A stretch of DNA of 29,917 nt. It comes from a virus. Taxonomy: Duplodnaviria; Caudoviricetes. This document shows, in pieces, positions 9,599 through 15,840 of this stretch (position 1 is the first letter of the stretch; every line of letters starts with the position of its first letter). A program made the position numbers and the translations under genes. The notes below the pieces were generated by a model that was given only the letters and a program-made list of their open reading frames with translations, was not told the origin of the DNA and searched no databases. The DNA is taken from the IMG/VR virus record IMGVR_UViG_3300011116_000489, positions 1-29,917 of that record; one strand, given 5' to 3'.

Positions 9599-10209
9599 GG
9601 CTGTTTTACCGCCACCCGCACGCCTCCGCGCATTGCGCCATTGCGATGCTTAAAGCCCTCTCGGAAACCTACGATGTCCGGCTGTTGGATATATCCGATT
9701 GTACATATCGCCGGATGCGAACCATGCAGATAGTCGCATTTCCCGGCGGGGTCGGCGACGCTGACGCTTGGTCGCAGATTTTCGGCAAACGGGCCGACGA
9801 TGTACGCCGGTACGTTGCCAACGGCGGGGCTTATCTTGGTATCTGCATGGGGGCGTATTGGGCGGGGCCAAAGTATTTTGACCTACTCCCCGGGTTCCAC
9901 GTGGAACAGTACATCGGCAAGGCCGAGATTCGCCGGTCGTACCGCACGGTTGCCAAGGTGACATGGAACGGCCAGCCGGAAACAATGTTTTTCTGGGACG
10001 GGCCTACGTTTAGCGGGGAAATCGGCGAAGTGGTGGCGACCTATGCCAATGGCGCACCAATGGCGATCCGGCAGGGCCGTATAGGGCTGATCGGTTGCCA
10101 TCCCGAAGCCGAGGAATCGTGGTATTCGCCAAAATACCTATCCAAGTTCTGGCACGGCGGGCGACATCACGCGCTGCTGCGGGAGTTCGCGTTATCCCTT
10201 CATGGCTAG
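9541..10209 (+). CDS. class I glutamine amidotransferase-like protein (BPL_N type); start uncertain
   Basis: FPGG oxyanion loop, GGAYLGICMGAY nucleophile elbow, GCHPE His-x-Glu. Confidence 0.8.
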   Translation: MRRQRVQTDPTLVPQRPKIGLFYRHPHASAHCAIAMLKALSETYDVRLLDISDCTYRRMRTMQIVAFPGGVGDADAWSQIFGKRADDVRRYVANGGAYLGICMGAYWAGPKYFDLLPGFHVEQYIGKAEIRRSYRTVAKVTWNGQPETMFFWDGPTFSGEIGEVVATYANGAPMAIRQGRIGLIGCHPEAEESWYSPKYLSKFWHGGRHHALLREFALSLHG

Positions 10210-10392
10210 GATGGTCATTTCGCGCAGCACCCAGTCGGCCTCAACATCCAGACCTTGAGCGCGCATTCGGTACAACACTTCGCTAATCGTCAATTCTCGG
10301 GCTTGTCCATAAGCCCACGGCGCAGCAGCCAATTCAGCCTCAAACGCCTCACCCTCTGGGGTGACAAAGGGGTCGTCCTCAAAACGGCTCAT
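10192..10392 (-). CDS. hypothetical protein, last gene of the leftward operon
   Basis: ATG with GGAG upstream; 66 aa. Confidence 0.6.
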   Translation of the reverse strand: MSRFEDDPFVTPEGEAFEAELAAAPWAYGQARELTISEVLYRMRAQGLDVEADWVLREMTILAMKG

Positions 10393-10422
10393 ATTCGCTC
10401 CGTCGCGGCTTATACGCGATGT

Positions 10423-10545
10423 TTACCAGTAATCTACGCCCCACCTTCGGCAAGCAATATTCGGCGTAGGGCCATGCCGCCATTCTTCGTCCACACGGCG
10501 GTTACGCGATGATAACCAATCCAGAAGCATTGCGATAATGTTCAC
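10423..10545 (-). CDS. 40-aa hypothetical protein (not in the ORF track)
   Basis: GTG overlaps the upstream TGA; MNIIAMLLDWLSSRNRRVDEEWRHGPTPNIACRRWGVDYW. Confidence 0.5.
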   Translation of the reverse strand: MNIIAMLLDWLSSRNRRVDEEWRHGPTPNIACRRWGVDYW

Positions 10546-10829
10546 AACAGTCCCTCCTTGCTCAACTCGTTGATCGTTCGCGCCATGCCCTCCAAATGGG
10601 CCAAGCGCACAAAATCACGGTCTAGATCGGTATTGGCCCTGCGATCAATCGTGTCGTGGCATGCGCTACACGCCCATGCGCCAATCAGATCGGGCGACTT
10701 CATGCCCATGCCGCTAATCCCCGGCAAACGGATATGGGCCAGCACGGTGGTGGATTTGTCGTGGTTGCAGATACCGGGTAGCCGCACCATGCAGGGCCGG
10801 TCTTGGGCTTGTTTGCGTAAATACGTCAT
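10542..10829 (-). CDS. DUF1364/YbcO-like Zn-binding putative nuclease
   Basis: CMVRLPGICN...TTVLAH...GMGMKSPD...AWACSACHD. Confidence 0.85.
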   Translation of the reverse strand: MTYLRKQAQDRPCMVRLPGICNHDKSTTVLAHIRLPGISGMGMKSPDLIGAWACSACHDTIDRRANTDLDRDFVRLAHLEGMARTINELSKEGLL

Positions 10830-10851
10830 TTCCGACATTCCCCAGTTATTT

Positions 10852-11259
10852 TTACTCATACACCGGTTCGGGCAGCGGCCCCATTCCCATATCAATGCAA
10901 CGCTGTTCTATATACATCAAATAATCCGTAAACTCTTGTTTGTTCATTGCGCTACTGCGTTTGATCGGGCGCATCCGTTTACGACCAAAACCTTCCAGCA
11001 CTTCCCAACCAAAACACTCGCCTAAAAAGTATTCATGCAGATCGTCGCGTGTCCACCCGCCAAGCGTTTCGCCGCCCTGCTCAAGAATCATCGGGTACAC
11101 GACACCCCACAAAAATCGGTTTTGCGCGTCCGAGCGTTTGCGCTTCCACGGCTCTACGCTGATGCACCACGCTTTGCTGGTATCAATCGCGGCAACCATT
11201 GTGGCAAGGGCTTTTGTAATATCCTCGGGCTGTGTGCCTTTCGGGAATATCCGCTTCAC
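10852..11259 (-). CDS. ninB: NinB/Orf-family recombination accessory protein
   Basis: KRSDAQNRFLW...LHEYF...SSAMNKQEFTDYLMYIE. Confidence 0.8.
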   Translation of the reverse strand: MKRIFPKGTQPEDITKALATMVAAIDTSKAWCISVEPWKRKRSDAQNRFLWGVVYPMILEQGGETLGGWTRDDLHEYFLGECFGWEVLEGFGRKRMRPIKRSSAMNKQEFTDYLMYIEQRCIDMGMGPLPEPVYE

Positions 11260-11726
11260 AAGCGTTCCTCAAAGTCTATGTACCGCCAGCCCAAGAAGTC
11301 GGGGTCAAGTGCGTAGACATCGTAGTCATAGCCACGCGCAGGGTCGGTCTGTTTACGCACCGTCCAGATCTGGCGCGTATTACGCACATCTACAAGCGCG
11401 GCAACGGTCATGGATTGATTTACAAGGTAAAAATAATCGGGGCGTGGGTCGGATGCGTCAAACGAGGCTTTAGAACAAATGGTCACGCTCGCAAACGGCC
11501 ATTCTCGGTATGCAAAGTCACGCTTCAGATGCTTTACTTCTATCCGTTTGCCCGAGGCGTATATATCGCCCTTGTCGGCGTATTCCTTGCGATCCGCAAA
11601 GTTTGCACGAAGCCGACGTTGCGGCAGCGTTACAGTATGGCCTTCGTTAAGCAGGTAAGTCGCCACTACGATTTCCGCAGGGCGACTCGCCCGAAACCTC
11701 TGCTCAAAGTCAGAAGTTGATGTCAT
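11256..11726 (-). CDS. putative PD-(D/E)XK nuclease-like protein
   Basis: AE-x2-VA-x-YL...DKGDI...IEVK pattern. Confidence 0.5.
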   Translation of the reverse strand: MTSTSDFEQRFRASRPAEIVVATYLLNEGHTVTLPQRRLRANFADRKEYADKGDIYASGKRIEVKHLKRDFAYREWPFASVTICSKASFDASDPRPDYFYLVNQSMTVAALVDVRNTRQIWTVRKQTDPARGYDYDVYALDPDFLGWRYIDFEERL

Positions 11727-11967
11727 CGTCAACCCAATTATCCTCGGTCAGCACTTTTTCCTGCTTAGGTTTGACAGGAGCGGCTTTCTTGGCTTCAAAG
11801 GTCAATGACATAAACTTGCTGCCGTCTTTCTTGCTGGCTCTAATCCAGCCCGACACGTTGAAATCCACGTTTTCAATAACCGCGCTACCACGGTAGTCGG
11901 GGCGTTTGTCGTTGCCCTGTTTGTCGTTCTTAAACAGCACGCCGCGCATATTGTTGTCGTAAGTCAT
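11710..11967 (-). CDS. small ssDNA-binding-like protein (DUF736-like)
   Basis: GVLFKN...KRPDYRG...VSGW...KFMSL plus acidic tail DDDINF; directly after erf. Confidence 0.65.
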   Translation of the reverse strand: MTYDNNMRGVLFKNDKQGNDKRPDYRGSAVIENVDFNVSGWIRASKKDGSKFMSLTFEAKKAAPVKPKQEKVLTEDNWVDDDINF

Positions 11968-12623
11968 TTCAACTCCTGCTTTGCCATGTTGACGTAGGTT
12001 TTAACGGCGTTCTTGTACTTGCTGCCATGTTCGGCCCCAATCGCATCGCCGACTGCGATATACAGTTCGTGGTTTGCGCTGATTTGCTTGTGTAGGTCAT
12101 ACACCGCCAACGCAATTACTTTTTCATCAGCATCCGCATCCATCGCGTCCTTAAATGCCTTGACGTATTTGGCAACTTCAGCGGGGTTGGCGTTTTTACC
12201 TAAATCGCCACGCGGATCTAATTTCAAATCGGGCTTGCGAGACATTGCAGCCTCGCCGTCATCGTCGGTCTGATACACGCCGACCAACGCAGCCAGCGCG
12301 TACCGGCGGGCATACGTCAATCCCGAGCCTTGCGCCTGCGGGCTGTAATCTTTCATCAACACCGGCATCTCGCCCGCGATCCATTCGCCGCTGGCGTGCA
12401 TCAATGTTGTTATTAACATCAACGTGTCAGCCGTATATCGCGTTGTCTGCACCACCGATAAACCGTTATCGGTTAACGGTGTGCGGCAGGCTTGCCACAC
12501 AGATTCAAGGTCGGCGTATTTGGATTTAAAAAACGGGTTAGCAGCATCCTTCACGGCTCCGCTAATCTGGCTTTGCGCTTTAGCAAGCGCGGCGGCCAAT
12601 GCGCCAATGGTTTCGCTTTTCAA
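11964..12623 (-). CDS. erf: ERF-family single-strand annealing recombinase
   Basis: KDAANPFFKSKYADL...QAQGSGLTYARRYAL...DDDG; TTG start overlapping the upstream TGA, GAGG RBS. Confidence 0.92.
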   Translation of the reverse strand: MKSETIGALAAALAKAQSQISGAVKDAANPFFKSKYADLESVWQACRTPLTDNGLSVVQTTRYTADTLMLITTLMHASGEWIAGEMPVLMKDYSPQAQGSGLTYARRYALAALVGVYQTDDDGEAAMSRKPDLKLDPRGDLGKNANPAEVAKYVKAFKDAMDADADEKVIALAVYDLHKQISANHELYIAVGDAIGAEHGSKYKNAVKTYVNMAKQELK

Positions 12624-12775
12624 TTCAACGTCCTCGCTTCTAGTTCTTTGTAAATGCACAGCAGCGTTGCAAGCAGCAGCGTGCGGATAAACTCGTTCTC
12701 CTCACGCACGGCTTGTTCATCCTGCGCTTGCCACCAATCGTGGTCATCGTCCCAACTAAATTCATCGTCCCGCAT
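12620..12775 (-). CDS. small acidic hypothetical protein
   Basis: AGGAGA RBS; MRDDEFSWDDDHDWWQ. Confidence 0.6.
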   Translation of the reverse strand: MRDDEFSWDDDHDWWQAQDEQAVREENEFIRTLLLATLLCIYKELEARTLN

Positions 12776-12887
12776 GGGCTGTCTCCTGTTTGCAGCCATG
12801 CCCATCGCACGGCTCAATCCAACAACAAAATAGGTAAAGCACGATCAAGCCAATCACTTGCGGCATGACAGAGCGTTTGTTAGTCAT
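12762..12887 (-). CDS. 41-aa membrane/Cys-containing hypothetical (not in the ORF track)
   Basis: ATGA overlap; MTNKRSVMPQVIGLIVLYLFCCWIEPCDGHGCKQETAHAGR. Confidence 0.5.
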   Translation of the reverse strand: MTNKRSVMPQVIGLIVLYLFCCWIEPCDGHGCKQETAHAGR

Positions 12888-12994
12888 AAACCCTTCACCA
12901 TCATAAAAGCCATAACGATTAGCGCGAAAAGTCCGATGCCAACGGCGATTGCAAACATCGTCATGGCAAACAAAAAAACTGAATCAACGGTCAT
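12884..12994 (-). CDS. 36-aa hydrophobic membrane peptide
   Basis: MTVDSVFLFAMTMFAIAVGIGLFALIVMAFMMVKGL; overlaps both neighbours. Confidence 0.5.
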   Translation of the reverse strand: MTVDSVFLFAMTMFAIAVGIGLFALIVMAFMMVKGL

Positions 12995-13295
12995 ACGTCG
13001 CATCCTTATAAGCATCGTCGGCATCCCAACGCCGCTGGTATTCAATGTCGGCTTCAATTTCGTCAATTACGCCGTCGGGCAGATAGTCGGCAGAGAACGT
13101 GAATTGCGGAGTCATTGCAGCCCACGGTGAGTGCAAGCCGTTTGGCTCGGGCTTTTTGAAGGGTTGGTAGATGTCGGTCAGTGTGACCGACTCAAGGATG
13201 ATCGCGCCGCAGTCATCGCTAACAACGACATCGGCCATGAAGCGATTATCAAGCCATGAAAATTCAACAACGAAAGTTTCTGTAGGCGTGGACAT
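12984..13295 (-). CDS. acidic early hypothetical protein
   Basis: AGGAGA RBS; 103 aa. Confidence 0.7.
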   Translation of the reverse strand: MSTPTETFVVEFSWLDNRFMADVVVSDDCGAIILESVTLTDIYQPFKKPEPNGLHSPWAAMTPQFTFSADYLPDGVIDEIEADIEYQRRWDADDAYKDATYDR

Positions 13296-13312
13296 GTCTG
13301 TTGTCTCCTGTG

Positions 13313-13561
13313 TTAACGCAAAAATCCGCGCATATATTTAAGGCCGTCAATGTATTCGTCAATTTTGTTTGCGGCCCATTCGTAAACATGGGCATCTTCC
13401 AAATACGTTTCGTTGGTGCGGCCCTTTTCGCGGGCTTCTATTGCTTCGTTTTGCAAGCGATCAACGTAGTTGCTTAACTCGGCAAAAATTACGTCAACGG
13501 GCATCGGGTTGTTGATGTTGACGCGGTAATTGGCAAAGGGTTTGGCGTTGCGGTTTGACAT
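13313..13561 (-). CDS. first leftward early gene, hypothetical (no HTH evident)
   Basis: GGAGA RBS; 82 aa. Confidence 0.7.
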   Translation of the reverse strand: MSNRNAKPFANYRVNINNPMPVDVIFAELSNYVDRLQNEAIEAREKGRTNETYLEDAHVYEWAANKIDEYIDGLKYMRGFLR

Positions 13562-13598
13562 CTCTGTTGTCTCCGTTATGTGTGTATCAACGGCTGTA

Positions 13599-13626
13599 AA
13601 TTTAGCACACTAAAAAGCCAGGTCAA
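13599..13626 (-). promoter_or_regulatory. leftward early sigma70 promoter
   Basis: TTGACC-16 nt-TAAATT with extended -10 TG. Confidence 0.6.
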
Positions 13627-13632
13627 GCCCTG

Positions 13633-13660
13633 TTGCGAAAATATTTTACATGGCTAAAAT
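13633..13660 (+). promoter_or_regulatory. rightward early sigma70 promoter
   Basis: TTGCGA-16 nt-TAAAAT, 8 nt before the cro-like ATG. Confidence 0.55.
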
Positions 13661-13668
13661 GCCGCGCT

Positions 13669-13836
13669 ATGGATATTCAGCAAGTGCTTAAACGGTTCCC
13701 AAGCCAGAAGGCGATGGCTAAAGCGTTCGGAGTTACCGACGGGGCCATCAGCCAATGGATTAAGGCAGGGCGGCTACCGGACGCCCGTGTATGGCAATGG
13801 AAGGCAGGGCTGGCAAAGCCCGTAAAAGGCCGCTAA
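13669..13836 (+). CDS. Cro-like HTH regulator
   Basis: 55 aa; SQKAMAKAFGVTDGAISQW...GRLP. Confidence 0.85.
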   Translation: MDIQQVLKRFPSQKAMAKAFGVTDGAISQWIKAGRLPDARVWQWKAGLAKPVKGR

Positions 13837-13855
13837 TGCGGTTATACGGGCCTAT

Positions 13856-13886
13856 AAACGACAAACCCCGCCGGGAAGCGGGGCTT
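13856..13886 (-). terminator. intrinsic terminator on the minus strand
   Basis: AAGCCCCGC-TTCCCG-GCGGGGTTT then GTCGTTT; the outer G.U pair forms only on the minus strand. Confidence 0.65.
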
Positions 13887-13934
13887 GACGGGCCGGGGGG
13901 AATGGCCTTACGCTTTCAATGCTACTTGAGCGTG
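13856..13934 (-). ncRNA. predicted ~78-nt antisense RNA (OOP/RNA I-like)
   Basis: Bounded by the minus-strand promoter at 13941-13969 and terminator at 13856-13886; three hairpins. Confidence 0.55.
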
Positions 13935-14245
13935 ATGGATATTCTGACTGACTGTTCTAGTCATGTCAAACACCCCACCACGTTTGATGCTCGGTATTGG
14001 GAACACTCCCTTAAGCCCGTTGGGGAAGAACGCGGGGCGATACTTAAATCCGTACAGAGGCCGCCCATTTACGGACACGCAGCGCATAGTTGGGAAGCGT
14101 GGAGGCGAACAGGGAAACCTGTAAAAGTTGCCAACAACGGATGGCTCCGTCAGTCATCAACCCGTGCGAGTGGGCTAGGCCTTGTTACGCCTTCTCACCG
14201 CACGGAATCACCATCAGTCATAGGGGTAAAGACATGGATATTCCG
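13933..14245 (+). ncRNA. predicted multi-stem structured RNA/leader of the replication gene
   Basis: At least seven local helices, GAAA tetraloop, long-range closing helices; G.U pairs favour the plus strand. Confidence 0.55.
13941..13969 (-). promoter_or_regulatory. antisense sigma70 promoter
   Basis: TTGACA (13969-13964)-17 nt-CAGAAT (13946-13941). Confidence 0.65.
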
Positions 14246-14776
14246 GGTTTAGACCAAGAAGCATTTGATCGTTGGGTGGCATATCGCAAAGCCATCAAGA
14301 AAGCCTACAAAGACGTAAGCCTGCACGCCGCAGCGGTGAAACTAGCGAAGTACGGTGATAAACAGGCTGAAGTGGTAGAGCAGAGCATTGCCAACCAATG
14401 GCAGGGGTTATTTGACCTACAGGTAAAAAAACTGGCCCCCGGCGAAAAACCGAAAAAGTCCAAGGAACAAGTCGCTGCCGACGATGCCTATTGGCAAGCC
14501 ACGGTGCAGCGAGCCGAGAAGAATTGGTCAGAAATGATCCCGACTGCCTTCGGTCGCCTTAAGGTTTGTGATGCATTGTGGGCGCGGTATACGATTGAAG
14601 TTGGCCCCGACACGCCCGACAAAATGGATTGGCTGAAGGGCGTGGTTGCCCGAAACTTGAAGGAAGCCGAAGCCAAGGACGTTGTGAACGACCCGCATCT
14701 GATGATCATGGTTATGTGCTTTTTCGGCCCGTCTGGGGTTAAGCGGATCAAGGAAAGGGCGGCGGTGGGCGCATGA
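14234..14776 (+). CDS. phage replication-protein C-terminal-domain-like protein
   Basis: AGGGG RBS; FDRWVAYRKAIKK...VVEQSIANQWQGLF resembles the C-terminal domain of phage replisome organisers; lambda O-like position. Confidence 0.6.
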   Translation: MDIPGLDQEAFDRWVAYRKAIKKAYKDVSLHAAAVKLAKYGDKQAEVVEQSIANQWQGLFDLQVKKLAPGEKPKKSKEQVAADDAYWQATVQRAEKNWSEMIPTAFGRLKVCDALWARYTIEVGPDTPDKMDWLKGVVARNLKEAEAKDVVNDPHLMIMVMCFFGPSGVKRIKERAAVGA

Positions 14777-15096
14777 GTCAATACCGATGTAAGCATTGCG
14801 GTAAGGTTGTCAAACGCGAAAGCAACAAGGCGTGGATTACGTCTTACTGCTTATCGCAGGGAAAATTGGTTCGGATTGTTAAACTCAAGATAATGAAAAA
14901 CATTCACTACGGTAAATCCACGGCTAAATCATCCGTGGTGAGCAAAACTCGTCGCTGCTCCGAATGTAAACGCGTATTTGCCTCGGCAGAGTCATTCCGC
15001 GCCCACAAGTACCGAGGTGGCGGTTGTCGCACCGTGGAAGCGTTGCATGCCGTGGGATACACCGAAACGCCGACGGGTTGGAAACACCAGAAATGA
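14773..15096 (+). CDS. Zn-finger protein (two CxxC modules)
   Basis: CKHC and CSECKRVF-x5-FRAHK-x5-C. Confidence 0.65.
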   Translation: MSQYRCKHCGKVVKRESNKAWITSYCLSQGKLVRIVKLKIMKNIHYGKSTAKSSVVSKTRRCSECKRVFASAESFRAHKYRGGGCRTVEALHAVGYTETPTGWKHQK

Positions 15097-15416
15097 GACG
15101 CGCTGCACGCCGGGACGAGAACGATGGGATCATCACCGAAGCCCTGCGGGTAGCCGGGTTTACCGTGCATGACTACGCGGGTGCAGGGCATTCCATTCCC
15201 GACAAACTAGTGACGCGCACCTTGCCAGACGGGACGGAATGGGCGTGTTGGGTAGAAATTAAAACGCCATCGGGAAAACTTCGCCCGGGGCAGGAAGCGT
15301 TCCGCAAGATATTTGAGCCACGCGGCGAGTGGTACAAGGCCACGCACCCGCAGGATACGGTTTGCGAACTAGCGATGCGCTACCACGAAAGCATCAAGCA
15401 GGAACACTTGCGCTGA
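15093..15416 (+). CDS. VRR-NUC/Holliday-resolvase-like PD-(D/E)XK nuclease
   Basis: MRRAARRDEN...IPDKLV...WVEIK...GKLRPGQ. Confidence 0.8.
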   Translation: MRRAARRDENDGIITEALRVAGFTVHDYAGAGHSIPDKLVTRTLPDGTEWACWVEIKTPSGKLRPGQEAFRKIFEPRGEWYKATHPQDTVCELAMRYHESIKQEHLR

Positions 15417-15462
15417 TTGACAAGGCCATTTACCATCATATTTGGCTGAAAAAAGGTGCAAA

Positions 15463-15840
15463 ATGGCCGAATCCGAACAGAAAAACGTCGCGTTGTTTGT
15501 TGCCACGCTGTTTCATTCGGCAACCGTGGCGCATTTTATGCACTTGTCTACCGATAGTTATGCAAAGCACAAAGCCTTGCAGAAGTATTACGAGGACATC
15601 GTAGACCTTGCCGACGCGGTAGCCGAATCCTACATGGGCTACGAGGAAGTGCGCCTTACCGCATGGCCCAAGGAATTTCACCTTGCCAGCGACCCGGTGA
15701 CTTACCTTGAGAAACTGCGCGACTTTGTGGAAGAAGCCCGCAAGGTCATCTGCCCCGATTACACCCCTGTGCAGAACCAGATTGATGCGATCCAAGAACT
15801 GATGGATAGCACGATCTACAAGTTGAAGTTTCTGGCGTAA
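15463..15840 (+). CDS. ferritin/Dps-like four-helix protein (DUF5856-like)
   Basis: AHFMHL...YAKHKAL-x2-YY...D-x2-AE-x-Y-x-G...YKLKFL; AAGG RBS. Confidence 0.75.
   Translation: MAESEQKNVALFVATLFHSATVAHFMHLSTDSYAKHKALQKYYEDIVDLADAVAESYMGYEEVRLTAWPKEFHLASDPVTYLEKLRDFVEEARKVICPDYTPVQNQIDAIQELMDSTIYKLKFLA

Noticed and set aside
13933-14220. Group I/II intron, tRNA, tmRNA or RNase P identity for the structured RNA
   Set aside because: I could not find group II domain V or GUGYG ends, group I core motifs, a T-loop/CCA end or RNase P consensus
14090-14233. TTG-initiated N-terminal extension of the rep-like ORF
   Set aside because: Unprotein-like sequence lying inside RNA hairpins; the SD supports ATG 14234
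13791-14252. ORF spanning the structured interval (possible ATG at 13836, TAATG-coupled to cro)
   Set aside because: No recognisable domain or helical pattern, and it overlaps a promoter, a terminator and dense RNA helices. Not called a gene, though a translated leader peptide cannot be excluded.
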